From Chlamydiota bacterium (GTDB taxonomy: Bacteria; Chlamydiota; Chlamydiia; Chlamydiales; Rhabdochlamydiaceae): a DNA stretch of 64,000 nucleotides. The number at the start of each line of letters is the position of its first letter. Positions within the stretch are counted from its first letter, which is position 1. A program made the translations under genes and the position numbers. The stretch is taken from contig JABDCT010000001.1 in NCBI GenBank assembly GCA_013287985.1, positions 86,989-150,988 of the forward strand. The letters are read 5' to 3'. Under the pieces are notes generated by a model, which was not told where the DNA came from, did no database searches, and saw nothing but the letters and a program-made list of their open reading frames with translations. Shown here piece by piece: positions 9,029 to 19,077 of the stretch.

Positions 9029-10298
9029 GAAGTTCGAGGATCGTGTCTCTCGTGTAAATCAAATGTTCATTACTATGCGCCTGAGAAATAAAGGCCGCCT
9101 CGTAAGGAGAGGGCGGCAGGTAGACCCCTCGCTCAAAGAGTTCTATGAAAAAGTGGCGAAACGCCTCTTCATCCATTGCCGCCAAATCGGCCCTGCTTTC
9201 GACTTTGCGCACGCCGAAAAAGAGCGTCCACATCGATCCCACTCGCTGCAGGCAGAGCGGTCTATCCGACTGGGCAATCCACGCCTCGATCGGATCGAGA
9301 AGAAGACGCGTCTTTTGCTCCAATTCTTCGTAGAAGCCCGGGCGTTCGATGGCGCGCAATGTGGCGCAGCCGGCCGCCATTGCGACGGGATTGCCGGAGA
9401 GGGTGCCTGCTTGGTAAACTGGGCCAAGCGGAGCCAGAAGATCCATGATCTCTGCACGCGCGCCGAATGCAGCAGCAGGAAATCCGCCGCCAATAATTTT
9501 ACCCAGGCAGACGATATCTGCTTGAAAATTGTAAAGCCCCTGCGCTCCTTTAATGCCCACGCGAAAGCCGGTGATCACCTCATCGGCAATGAGTAGCGTC
9601 CCTTTTTTCTCTGTTTCGTAGCGCAGCGCCTGCAAAAACTCCGGTTTAGGCGGTACGACGCCCATGTTGCCCACAACGGGCTCGAAAATAACAGCCGCGA
9701 TGTCGCTGCGCTCCTGCATCACGCGCGTAAAGGTCGCCACATCGTTATAGGGAAGAGAAAGGGTGGTGCTGATCATCTCAGCAGGGATGCCGGACGAGCT
9801 CGTCCCTGTAAAAAACAGCCCCGATCCCGCTTTGACGAGCAGCTGATCGCTATGGCCGTGGTAATTGCCATCGAATTTGATGATCATATTTCTGCCGGTG
9901 TAGGCACGGGCAAGGCGCAGAGCCGTCATCGTCGCTTCTGTTCCCGATGAGACGAACCTCATCTTGTCGATCCAAGGAAAATGGACCAAGATGCTGCTGG
10001 AGAGCTGCTCTTCAAAAGGCGTTGTCGCACCGTAAGAAGATCCGCGCTCGATCTGCTCGCAAGCGGCTTTGACGACAACTGGATGAGCGTGTCCGAGGAT
10101 CAGGGCGCCCCAGCTCATGCAGTAGTCGATGTAGCTCTTCTCTTCGACTTCTGTGATCAGATCATCTTTGGCATGCGATACAATTAGAGGTGTACACGCG
10201 AGTCCATTAAATGCGCGCACCGGCGAGCAGACGCCGCCCGGTATAACTTGGCACGCCTTCTCGTAGATCTTCTTGCTTTTTTCTCTTGGTGATAACAT
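9018..10298 (-). CDS. hemL: Glutamate-1-semialdehyde 2,1-aminomutase
   Basis: IPGGVCSPVRAF, GTEATMTALRLARAYTG, DEVITGFR and GKIIGGG (PLP lysine region). The ATG at 10298 gives an N-terminus of HemL-typical length, whereas the track start at 10355 adds 19 aa. Confidence 0.9.
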   Translation of the reverse strand: MLSPREKSKKIYEKACQVIPGGVCSPVRAFNGLACTPLIVSHAKDDLITEVEEKSYIDYCMSWGALILGHAHPVVVKAACEQIERGSSYGATTPFEEQLSSSILVHFPWIDKMRFVSSGTEATMTALRLARAYTGRNMIIKFDGNYHGHSDQLLVKAGSGLFFTGTSSSGIPAEMISTTLSLPYNDVATFTRVMQERSDIAAVIFEPVVGNMGVVPPKPEFLQALRYETEKKGTLLIADEVITGFRVGIKGAQGLYNFQADIVCLGKIIGGGFPAAAFGARAEIMDLLAPLGPVYQAGTLSGNPVAMAAGCATLRAIERPGFYEELEQKTRLLLDPIEAWIAQSDRPLCLQRVGSMWTLFFGVRKVESRADLAAMDEEAFRHFFIELFERGVYLPPSPYEAAFISQAHSNEHLIYTRDTILELLAK

Positions 10299-10311
10299 GA
10301 TGCCAGCTGTC

Positions 10312-12033
10312 ATGAAACGTACCCTTTTTTTGTGGATGATTTTGTTGCCGTCCATCCTAATCGGCGACGCTATTTCTTATACAGTCCGTTTTGAAGGGCT
10401 CGACGATCCGCGCGCGATCAAAGCGCTAAAAAGCTACTCCCAACTCGTGCTTCTGCACAGCAAACCTCCCGCTACACTCAGTGCGTTGCGCCTCCGCGCT
10501 GAATCGGACATACCCACCCTCACCAAAGTCCTGCGCGCCTACGGCTACTACGAAGCCGAGGTGCATCTGCACATCCAAGACGATACGCAGCACAGCGGCA
10601 CCGTGGTCATGACGATTGAGCCCGGGCCGCTCTATACGCTCTCCTATTTCCACACCCATTCGACAATCGTAGAAGACGAAGATGTCACGGGACAGGCGGC
10701 GGTATTTAACGATATTCTCGATATTGAAGGACGCACGATTGCCCTTTTTTCCGAGCGCGGCTATCCACTGGCAGCCGTTGCAAAGCGTTCAATCGTTGCG
10801 GACGGTGCGACCAAGACAGTCGCTGTCGACCTCGATGTAGAACCCGGGCCGCTTCTCTTTTTTGGCGAGACGACGATTACGGGCAGCTGCTCGGTGCAGA
10901 ATGCCTACATCGAGCAGAAGATCCAATGGGAAAAGGGCGATGTCTACAACAGCGAGCTAGTCAATTGCACGCAGAAAGCGCTCATGGACAGCGGACTCTT
11001 TAGCTCTGTCTCCATTACCTTCGATCCGCTTCCGGACACCACTGAAGCGCCGATGAAAATCGAGGTGGTCGAGGCCAAGCACCGCAGTATCAGCGCCGGT
11101 GCGAGCTACCAGACGACTTTTGGTTTTGGTGTGACCTTTGGCTGGGAGCACCGCAACATGGGCGGTATGGGCAGGCGCCTTAGTATCCAAGCCGATGTAG
11201 CACAGCGCAGCCACTCGGGAATCTTGACCTATTTTATTCCCGATTTCAAAAAGCCGTGCCAAGATCTGACTTTCCAAGGCCAAGCTCTGCAAACGGATAT
11301 TACCGCCTACCGCGCCCAGTCCTACGATCTCCTCACGCGCTTCGATTGGCACCGCATTAAGCAGCTCTATCTCTCCGCGACGGTCAAAGCGGAATACTTA
11401 ATCGTCGATAGCAGCGTCGACAATGGCAATTTCATGCTCTTCGAAATTCCTCTGCATCTGCGCACGAGCAATGTCTGCGACTGGCTCAACCCGGTCCGCG
11501 GCGCGACATTTTCATGGAAGATGGTTCCTTCACTCAACCTCAAAGAGCCCAAATCATTTTACAACTGGAACATGCTCACGCTCTGCACCTATTTTCCGCT
11601 CAATACGGCTGAATGGCTGGTCATTGCACAGAAAATTTCCTACGGCACGATCTGGGCGGCCGATCTCGACTCCATCCCCGTCCCGAAACGCTTTCTCGGC
11701 GGCTCCGAAGAAGACTTGCGCGGTTATAAATACCTCACTGTCTCTCCGCTCGATCACCACGATCGCCCCATCGGAGGGCGCTCCGCCTTTTATTACACAT
11801 TAGAACCGCGCTTTACATACCGCTCCTTCGGCATCGTCCCCTTCTTTGACTTAGGAAACGTGCGGCTTTCGCGCTGGTCGCCATTTAATGGCAAATGGCG
11901 TAAATCTGTGGGGATGGGTTTCCGCTATTTTTCCATGGTCGGCCCCCTGCGGTTTGATCTGGCTTTTCCGCTTGATAGAAGAGAGATCGACCCGCACTGG
12001 TGGGTGTTTGTGAGTTTGGGGCAGACGTTCTGA
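10312..12033 (+). CDS. tamA: Omp85-family outer-membrane protein, TamA-like
   Basis: MKRTLFLWMILLPSILIG signal peptide, a POTRA-like N-terminal third, a beta-barrel with alternating residues, and a C-terminal ...VFVSLGQTF (terminal Phe). TGATG-coupled to tamB. Confidence 0.72.
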   Translation: MKRTLFLWMILLPSILIGDAISYTVRFEGLDDPRAIKALKSYSQLVLLHSKPPATLSALRLRAESDIPTLTKVLRAYGYYEAEVHLHIQDDTQHSGTVVMTIEPGPLYTLSYFHTHSTIVEDEDVTGQAAVFNDILDIEGRTIALFSERGYPLAAVAKRSIVADGATKTVAVDLDVEPGPLLFFGETTITGSCSVQNAYIEQKIQWEKGDVYNSELVNCTQKALMDSGLFSSVSITFDPLPDTTEAPMKIEVVEAKHRSISAGASYQTTFGFGVTFGWEHRNMGGMGRRLSIQADVAQRSHSGILTYFIPDFKKPCQDLTFQGQALQTDITAYRAQSYDLLTRFDWHRIKQLYLSATVKAEYLIVDSSVDNGNFMLFEIPLHLRTSNVCDWLNPVRGATFSWKMVPSLNLKEPKSFYNWNMLTLCTYFPLNTAEWLVIAQKISYGTIWAADLDSIPVPKRFLGGSEEDLRGYKYLTVSPLDHHDRPIGGRSAFYYTLEPRFTYRSFGIVPFFDLGNVRLSRWSPFNGKWRKSVGMGFRYFSMVGPLRFDLAFPLDRREIDPHWWVFVSLGQTF

Positions 12034-14993
12034 TGAGAAAGTTCTTTGGATTTTGTATCGCCTTTCTCATGCTGGCCTTTGCCGTTCTGCAAACGGAGTG
12101 GATGCGGGGCAAGATCAATAACGCTCTCGTAGCATGGGGCAAAACCCAAGGCTTGGAGCTTACAATCGGCTCTGTCGAAGGCTTGCTTCCCCTTGACGTG
12201 CAACTAAGGAACGTAGAGATTAGCTCTCCTCCCCTCTCTATTGCCTCCCTTAAAATGCGCCTCGACCCGCTGAAACTCCTGCGCGGTCAGCTGGGTATCC
12301 GCCACATCAAAATCGACGGCGGCACTTTTCATGACATTCCCTTCGAAGCCACAGCTCAAGGCCTCGTGAAGCTAAGGAGCCAACTCTTTCAGCTCTCCCA
12401 CCTCTGGATTGAAAGCCCCGCCTTTCAGATCGGATCGAGCCTCACCTTCTCTTTAGAAAAAGGCATCCGCGAGGGCGCCGCCAGCTTCTCCTTTTTCGAT
12501 CTGAGCAAACATTTCGACTCTGTACAAGGCAGCATCAGCGGCCAGCTCCTCTATCAGCCCGACAGTTTGACGCTTCACATGGAAACGGAGGAGTTAAAAA
12601 TCGCCCATGTGCCTTTTTCCGCCTCCACACTCTCTCTGCAAGCGGAGCCCTGGACAGAAGGCTGGCAAGGCGCGATTGATTTTGGCGGCGGGCCGACCGA
12701 AATACCTACCTCGGGCCACCTCGTCTTCAGCTTTCTACCGCAAAAAAAGCTCTTGCAAATCGAAGAAGCCGTCGTCCAAACCGATGAGACCTCTTTAAAC
12801 GCGCGCTTCAGCTTCTCTCCCACTCAACCTCTAGCCGGTCTTGCACGATTCCATTGCACGAGCCTTGCAAAATTCACCCAACTCTTCCCCGATCTTGGAC
12901 TAGGCGGTCAGCTGCAAATCGAGGTGGATCTCGCGGAAGGCAAATTCCAAGGCACAACACTCGCAACGAATTTCTACTGCTTGCAAGGATTTGCGGAAAA
13001 ATTGGAAGGGTCTCTGGACCTCACCACGGCATGGGACGGAGCCATCGAATTGAAAGGCTCAGGGCTGCGCCTCCCGCTGGGAACAGTCGAAACATTTACG
13101 CTAAAAACAGGTGTCGCTAAAGAAAAAGTCGCATTTGACCTGCACGCGCATGGACAATGGAAAGAAGCATTTGAGATCGAAACAAGTGGCGAGTGGAGTC
13201 ACGACAGCTGCCATCATCTTTCCATCGACCGGTTTTTCGGATTTGCGCTCAAAAAGCCTTTTGCACTGAAAGAACCTCTGGCCATCGAGTGGGATGCGGA
13301 GCATTTCAAGCTCTACCCGCTTTCTCTAGAAGTAGCCGACGGACAGATCAGCGGACGCGTCGACCTCACTCCCCAAAACAGCCTCATCAAGCTGTCCGCG
13401 CAGAGCTGCCCGCTCGACTTTCTCTCTCTTTTCAAACCCGACCTATTAGTGCAAGGCACCATGCACCTCGATCTCGATCTGATCGGGTGGGAGAAAAACC
13501 TCCAAGGACACCTCTTCGGCTCGGTCGATTCGGTCGAACTTGCCCTCATCGAAAAAGAGCGCTCTCTCTTCGGCAAAGGCACGCTGCAAGTGCACATCGA
13601 CCAAGAGCTCGCTCAGCTCCACAGCCATTTTGAAGCGCAAGATGGGCAGTTCATCGACTTATCGGGCAGTTTCCCTATCCTAAGCACCCACTTCCCCTAT
13701 TCTCTTCAGTTCGACAAGCAAAAAGCCTTCTCCTCCACCCTCACTACAGAAGGCAAGCTTGAAGATTGGCTGGCATTTGTCAACATTGGTCCACAGCGCA
13801 TCCACGGCTGGCTCGCAGCCAACCTGATCTTTTCTCACACCCTCGAGGCTCCGCACCTCCTCGGTTCGATAGACCTCAGCGCCGCCTCCTACGAAAACGA
13901 CTTTACCGGGACATTCCTCAAAAACATCGACGCCAAACTCTCTGCGCACAAGCGCATCCTTACGCTTGATCAATTTAAAGCAACAGATGGCCCGGGCAGC
14001 GGCACGCTCACAGCCTTAGGTTCTATCTCTCTCGATCCGGAGTTCTCTTTCGAAATAGCCGGCACTCTCGACAACCTGGAAACCCTTTCGACCGATCCCC
14101 TCACCGCCACCTTCACCGGCAATGCGGTCTTCACTGGCAATCAAAACCACGCCCACGTCACCGGTGACGCAACCGTGAACAAAATGCTGTTCACCCTTGC
14201 TGAAGAACTGCCTGATCCCCTTCCTGAGCTCACCATCACCTTCGTCAATGCACCCGATCAGCTCCGGCTTGCCACGCCGACGCCTCCTGCCTTTTCTCTC
14301 ATTCTGGACACGATCCTCGACGCACCTAAAAACGTTCTGATCTCTGGCCGCGGCTTAAGTGCCGAGCTTCAGGGCAAGCTGCACATCAAAGGCTCGTTTC
14401 CCGAATTTGCGGCAGATGGCTCCCTCTCCCTCATCAAGGGAGACTACACATTTGCCGGCCGTGTCTTTAGCCTAACGCAAGGCGAGCTCTACTTCCAGCA
14501 GAAGCCCACGCCCTCAGCCTACATCTCGCTCACCGGCTCCTGCTCACTCGCCGATGCCACCGCCACGGTCAACCTGCGCGGTCCGCTTTCCGCTCCACGC
14601 CTCTCCCTGCAATCGATTCCGCCTCTGCCCACCAGCGACCTGATTGCGCGCATCCTCTTCAACAAAAACCTCTCCGAAATCTCACCGGTCCAAGCGTTGC
14701 AAATCGCACAAACCGTACTCGCCCTCTCCGGCCAAGCCGACGTGCTTGACATGGTGCGCAAAACCCTGCACATCGACCGCCTCACCCTCCTCTCCTCGGA
14801 GAGCAACCCCAATAGCGTCTCTCTACAAGTGGGCAAATACCTGATGCGCGGCGTGCTGCTTTCCCTCATCCAGGGCGCAGCAACCCGGCAGCTCGCCCTC
14901 GAAGTCGAGCTCGCCCAGGGCTTCCTCCTCAAGGGCGAAGTCAGCGAAGACCAGCAGGGAAAGCTGTCACTGAAGTGGCACCACCATTATTAA
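12033..14993 (+). CDS. tamB: Translocation and assembly module protein TamB (DUF490 C-terminus)
   Basis: N-terminal anchor MRKFFGFCIAFLMLAFAVL, a long beta-rich body, and a C-terminal ...LQVGKYLMRGVLLSLIQG....LALEVELAQGFLLKGEVSEDQQGKLSLKWHHHY typical of TamB/DUF490. Confidence 0.8.
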   Translation: MRKFFGFCIAFLMLAFAVLQTEWMRGKINNALVAWGKTQGLELTIGSVEGLLPLDVQLRNVEISSPPLSIASLKMRLDPLKLLRGQLGIRHIKIDGGTFHDIPFEATAQGLVKLRSQLFQLSHLWIESPAFQIGSSLTFSLEKGIREGAASFSFFDLSKHFDSVQGSISGQLLYQPDSLTLHMETEELKIAHVPFSASTLSLQAEPWTEGWQGAIDFGGGPTEIPTSGHLVFSFLPQKKLLQIEEAVVQTDETSLNARFSFSPTQPLAGLARFHCTSLAKFTQLFPDLGLGGQLQIEVDLAEGKFQGTTLATNFYCLQGFAEKLEGSLDLTTAWDGAIELKGSGLRLPLGTVETFTLKTGVAKEKVAFDLHAHGQWKEAFEIETSGEWSHDSCHHLSIDRFFGFALKKPFALKEPLAIEWDAEHFKLYPLSLEVADGQISGRVDLTPQNSLIKLSAQSCPLDFLSLFKPDLLVQGTMHLDLDLIGWEKNLQGHLFGSVDSVELALIEKERSLFGKGTLQVHIDQELAQLHSHFEAQDGQFIDLSGSFPILSTHFPYSLQFDKQKAFSSTLTTEGKLEDWLAFVNIGPQRIHGWLAANLIFSHTLEAPHLLGSIDLSAASYENDFTGTFLKNIDAKLSAHKRILTLDQFKATDGPGSGTLTALGSISLDPEFSFEIAGTLDNLETLSTDPLTATFTGNAVFTGNQNHAHVTGDATVNKMLFTLAEELPDPLPELTITFVNAPDQLRLATPTPPAFSLILDTILDAPKNVLISGRGLSAELQGKLHIKGSFPEFAADGSLSLIKGDYTFAGRVFSLTQGELYFQQKPTPSAYISLTGSCSLADATATVNLRGPLSAPRLSLQSIPPLPTSDLIARILFNKNLSEISPVQALQIAQTVLALSGQADVLDMVRKTLHIDRLTLLSSESNPNSVSLQVGKYLMRGVLLSLIQGAATRQLALEVELAQGFLLKGEVSEDQQGKLSLKWHHHY

Positions 14994-15029
14994 TGGACAA
15001 TTAATACAATTTAATTTACAATTGCTTGA

Positions 15030-15869
15030 ATGAGCACGATAGACAACTGGAATAATCCACAAATCATCTCATTTGATTTATTATTTGATCGATATTCAAT
15101 AAATGCCAATTTTGATGCGAAAACAATCGAGAATATGCTCCCCGTCCTCGAAGAATTCAAACAGCCAGCAAAGATCCAGCTGCGTGCAGGGTTTCCACCT
15201 AATCCTAACACATCCCCCGGAAGGCTATTTCCTAAAAGAATGACGACTGTAACGTCTAACAATACACCTAATATTATTTACAAAGTGTTTGAACACATCT
15301 CTGAATCAAAAGGCAGCTGCTTTATGGCAAATACATTGCGACCGCCGATGGCCCAACTTGTTCAAGAAACAATATCAAGAAGGCATCTAACCGAATTTGG
15401 CGTCGCAAAAAAAGGACTCTTTCCTCTTTTTTCAAAAGAGACCATCTCCAATTTGGATGAAATCAACATCAATAAGGCTTTTATCGTATGTGTTGAAAAA
15501 AAGGACATATTGAGTTTCATCGAAACCAGAGAAATAATAAAAAAAATGAATTTCGACTCCCAAAAACGGCTGGCTGAACAAGCCTGTACGATTCCAGAAG
15601 AAACTGGTTTAGGCGACTTTACAATATACAACATCCAGAGAGACGCCAAAAAGAATCTGTTTTACATCCTCGATACGGAACCGCTTTACGGTGAATTGTT
15701 GATCAATAAATTCGGAAAGGGGTTTGAGCAAAATAAAACACTCTCAGAAAAATGCACCTTAAAATCATGCGCAAAATGGGGCTTATCTCAATTTAAGCGC
15801 TCGTGCGAGGATTATAATCTTGAGATTTTCATTAATACCGCTCAATCCCATCTAGAAAAATTCGATTAA
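15030..15869 (+). CDS. Hypothetical protein with a protein-kinase-like catalytic motif spacing (candidate effector)
   Basis: 279-aa ORF in an AT-rich islet. GDFTIYN (D-x4-N) is followed 14 residues later by YILDTEP. There is a possible beta3 Lys in NIIYKVFE. No signal peptide. Confidence 0.5.
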   Translation: MSTIDNWNNPQIISFDLLFDRYSINANFDAKTIENMLPVLEEFKQPAKIQLRAGFPPNPNTSPGRLFPKRMTTVTSNNTPNIIYKVFEHISESKGSCFMANTLRPPMAQLVQETISRRHLTEFGVAKKGLFPLFSKETISNLDEININKAFIVCVEKKDILSFIETREIIKKMNFDSQKRLAEQACTIPEETGLGDFTIYNIQRDAKKNLFYILDTEPLYGELLINKFGKGFEQNKTLSEKCTLKSCAKWGLSQFKRSCEDYNLEIFINTAQSHLEKFD

Positions 15870-15942
15870 TTGCAGCTATCAAAGGGTGAAATTCCTACAT
15901 TATCATTGCTGAAATATTTTTTACTAGGATATGCTCTGCGTA

Positions 15943-16659
15943 ATGAAAAGGTTTTTTTTCTTCCTAGCCTTTCCTCTACTTATTTATGCGCAAGTTAGCG
16001 ACAAAATAAAAGAATCCATTCTATACGAAACCAGGGAACTTGAAAAATTAGAATCTATCTTACATTCATCGGACGATCAAGTTCTGGAGTTATATAATGA
16101 GCGAGCGATCAGCTATTTTGCTCAACAAAAGTATACTTTAGCCCTTGCTGATTTTAATCATATTCTAGAAGAAAAAATCCAAACAAAAGACCTTCAAACA
16201 ATCATAATAGGAGAGGCTCTCTGGGGCAGATCGCTGTGTCATGCTTGTCTTGATATGAACAATGAATTAGCTGAAGATCTAACCTTACTGTCTCAATTTT
16301 TGCGCTTTTTTGAGGAAGATTGTCTTTGCAATGATAAGAAAACTATTTTAAGCAGTGCTGGCAAGAATTTCATTATCTTACCTGTGGTTAGATTTGCGGA
16401 TCCTGACGAGAATATTTCTGCGTATGAGTGTAGAGAAAGAGTCAGAGGAAGTGCAGAAAAGGTACGGCTTTTTCTTGGGCCACTACTTAAGGACACCGTT
16501 AAGAGAACCCTGTTTCTTACATTCATAACTGGATTAGAAAACCAAGGAATTGCATGTTGTCGAGATGGTAGTATTTGGGCGACATGTGTATCTCCCATCT
16601 TAAATAAACTTGAAAAATGGCATATACTTGGGATTCCTGCCGATCCTGCTTGGGATTAA
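15943..16659 (+). CDS. Secreted Cys-rich protein with TPR-like helix pair, unknown function
   Basis: MKRFFFFLAFPLLIYAQV signal peptide. YNERAISYFAQQKYTLALADFNHILE is TPR-like. Ten Cys residues. Confidence 0.55.
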   Translation: MKRFFFFLAFPLLIYAQVSDKIKESILYETRELEKLESILHSSDDQVLELYNERAISYFAQQKYTLALADFNHILEEKIQTKDLQTIIIGEALWGRSLCHACLDMNNELAEDLTLLSQFLRFFEEDCLCNDKKTILSSAGKNFIILPVVRFADPDENISAYECRERVRGSAEKVRLFLGPLLKDTVKRTLFLTFITGLENQGIACCRDGSIWATCVSPILNKLEKWHILGIPADPAWD

Positions 16660-16672
16660 ATAAAGAGGATCT

Positions 16673-17188
16673 ATGCATTGGAGCATTTTAGTAATAAGCA
16701 CTTTTCTTTTAACACTTGCTTGTTCTTCTCCCAAAAAAGAACAATCTTTTGCAGAACTAGAGAATGTTCCCTTTGAGAAACTCCACGCCGTGCGTGTCAT
16801 GCCCTTTTTTATTGCCAAAACTGTCGATCAGAATGCCAATATGGAATCGATAAAGACAGAATTTGGTAAATTTGGAGAGGTGCACACACCTGCTGATACT
16901 AATATAGATCAGTTAACAAACGCTCTTGAAAAGCCATTCGCCCTACTAACAATCTATGTTAATGAGGTTGGCAATCTTTTGAGTGTTGAATTCAGATTGT
17001 TCGAAGAAGGGAGACTCAAGATCAACGATAAAGATTCCATGGGGAATGTATGGGAAAAAATCATCTATACAAGTCCTGAGCAAATTTCTGAAGAAATAAG
17101 CAAAATTATCGGTGAATTTTCTCAGAACTACTCTCAAGCCAATCCAGATGGCGCAAAGCCCAGCTTTTATATTAGCAATCCTATTTAA
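16673..17188 (+). CDS. Lipoprotein, unknown function
   Basis: MHWSILVISTFLLTLAC carries an L-T-L-A-C lipobox. Confidence 0.6.
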   Translation: MHWSILVISTFLLTLACSSPKKEQSFAELENVPFEKLHAVRVMPFFIAKTVDQNANMESIKTEFGKFGEVHTPADTNIDQLTNALEKPFALLTIYVNEVGNLLSVEFRLFEEGRLKINDKDSMGNVWEKIIYTSPEQISEEISKIIGEFSQNYSQANPDGAKPSFYISNPI

Positions 17189-17248
17189 CCATCCTTCTTT
17201 ACAATAAATTCCTTCCTGCATAAACTAATCGCGGCGGAGGTAAATTTT

Positions 17249-17725
17249 ATGGCAGATTATGGAACTCGTTCTCCTGAACTTGATGTATCGGACCTATTCG
17301 TCAATCGCTATGAACCACACAATATTCGTGAGTCTAACTCTGTGATTGAACTGAATAATGAATTAATTACACGCATGGAAAAGCTCCAGCGCCTGATCAC
17401 TGAGCTTTCTATGCGCACAGACGACATCGACTGGACCTCTTCCGAAAGAGCGGAACTGCGCCAGCTTGTCGACGAGGCCGGCAAGATAGCCCCGGCCCTC
17501 TTCTCACCGGGAAATTACAGATGGACGAGCAAAGAGGCCGAGCGCCTCAAAGACACCCTCCAGCATAAGATCATCCACGAGCTCTCCCCTAAAGTTTCGC
17601 AAAACTCCAACGAGCTCACTCGCTTGCAACATGAGTCGAATGAGGTGCTCGAGATCATCACCAACATCCTCAAAGACCTGCGCAAGCTTAAAGAAGTTAT
17701 CCAAGGCAATATAAGGAAACATTAA
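17249..17725 (+). CDS. Coiled-coil protein at the head of the T3SS translocator operon
   Basis: 158 aa, helical with heptad character. TAATG-coupled to the class II chaperone gene. It occupies the same position as the gene preceding lcrH-type chaperones in other T3SS loci. Confidence 0.55.
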   Translation: MADYGTRSPELDVSDLFVNRYEPHNIRESNSVIELNNELITRMEKLQRLITELSMRTDDIDWTSSERAELRQLVDEAGKIAPALFSPGNYRWTSKEAERLKDTLQHKIIHELSPKVSQNSNELTRLQHESNEVLEIITNILKDLRKLKEVIQGNIRKH

Positions 17726-18162
17726 TGTCATTCGTTGATTCTTCTCTCCTTTCCGAGCCCCTACAACAGCTGCAGAGCGAAAGCCCAGAGCTCACTCCTG
17801 AAGAGATGGAGCGTCTCTATGCGTCGGCTTTCAGTTTTTATCAGATGAGCCGCTACACTCAAGCGATCCCCATCTTTGAAAGACTGCTCCTTTACAGACC
17901 CTACGAAGCGCGCTTCTGGCGTGGACTTGCTGCGTCGCGCCAAATGGCCACCCGCACGAAAGAAGCCCTCTGCGCATGGGCAGCTCTCTGCCTACTTAGT
18001 GAACGCGCCGCTTCCGACCATTTCCATGCTGCTGAATGCCTGCTCGCCTTGGGCGAAAAAGCAGAGGCGCTAAAAGCCCTGCATCTAGCGGAAAAAGAGA
18101 TGTCCTCAAGCGATCCATTATCTGCCCGCGTGGCTCTGCTTAAGGAGCGCGTCTGTGGTTGA
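17725..18162 (+). CDS. Type III secretion class II (translocator) chaperone, SycD/LcrH/Scc family (TPR)
   Basis: LYASAFSFYQMSRYTQAIPIFERLLLYRPYEARFWRGLAASRQ...DHFHAAECLLALGEKAEA is the SycD/LcrH TPR signature, including the hfhaAeCll.lG block. Confidence 0.85.
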   Translation: MSFVDSSLLSEPLQQLQSESPELTPEEMERLYASAFSFYQMSRYTQAIPIFERLLLYRPYEARFWRGLAASRQMATRTKEALCAWAALCLLSERAASDHFHAAECLLALGEKAEALKALHLAEKEMSSSDPLSARVALLKERVCG

Positions 18163-19066
18163 ACGCACTCATAGAGTAGAACATGCACAGCCTATACCCT
18201 CCTTTGAGCCGATCAAAGAAGGTGAGACTACGCATTTTCCTATCTATGACACGCTGGAGCCATCACAAAATCTCGCCGCCTACATCCCCTCTAAACCTGT
18301 CCTGACTCCTCCCTCCTGCAACTTGATTAAACAGATCGAAAGGCTGGAAGTCTTTAGCTGCGATGTAAATGCCTACAACCGCGCGCAACTCGACCGCTAT
18401 TTCCAAAAGCTCGAAGAGCTGGATCGCCTGGAAGCCCAGAAGATGAAGGAAGAGCTCGACCGCGCAGACTCGGCGAATTTCTGGAGCTTTCTCCAGGACA
18501 TGGCCGCTCTTATCAATACCGCATTTTCCGCAGTGTTCGGCATAAGTCTACTAGCCACAGGAGCCTCCCCTATCTTAGGCGGCATCCTGATCACCGCCGG
18601 CGTTTTGTCGATGGTCAATTACGCATTTCAGCACCTCGAAGTGTGGGACTGGGTTGCCCATCAGCTCGCAGCAGAAAACGAAGAACAGTACCAGCAGTTG
18701 AAAACGGTTATTCCGGCTGCCGTCGGCGTCACCGCTGCGGTAGTCGGGATTGCAGGCTCTGCAGGCGCTGCCTGGTTTACTGAACTCAATTTCCTGCAAG
18801 AGGTCATGATCGTCGGAGAAAGATTGAGCGGTTTTGCAACAGGTGGTACATTCTTTGCTAAATCGGTTGCTGAAGGACGATTAAAGTTAACGAGAGGCGA
18901 ACTCATCACTCTTAAAAAAGAGTCGCGCCTCACTCATAAAGACCTCAGCTATGCGATGAGTGAGCTGATCGAATTTTTCGACGAGCAGGGGCGCATGCAT
19001 GAAAAAGCCGCTAGACTGCTTGCCGCCGGGCGCGAAGCCTTACAAATTACGCAACAAGTCATTTAA
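18155..19066 (+). CDS. T3SS major hydrophobic translocator (CopB/YopB-like, compact)
   Basis: GTG start with aaggag 8 nt upstream. Two long hydrophobic helices (FSAVFGISLLATGASPILGGILITAGVLSMVNYAF; VIPAAVGVTAAVVGIAGSAGAAWF) are flanked by coiled-coil regions. Directly follows the chaperone gene. Confidence 0.65.
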   Translation: MVERTHRVEHAQPIPSFEPIKEGETTHFPIYDTLEPSQNLAAYIPSKPVLTPPSCNLIKQIERLEVFSCDVNAYNRAQLDRYFQKLEELDRLEAQKMKEELDRADSANFWSFLQDMAALINTAFSAVFGISLLATGASPILGGILITAGVLSMVNYAFQHLEVWDWVAHQLAAENEEQYQQLKTVIPAAVGVTAAVVGIAGSAGAAWFTELNFLQEVMIVGERLSGFATGGTFFAKSVAEGRLKLTRGELITLKKESRLTHKDLSYAMSELIEFFDEQGRMHEKAARLLAAGREALQITQQVI

Positions 19067-19077
19067 AGGAGAAACAT

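Noticed and set aside
9143-9596. Plus- and minus-strand ORFs of 60-208 aa within hemL (for example 8970..9596)
   Set aside because: These are shadow ORFs of the well-supported hemL frame.
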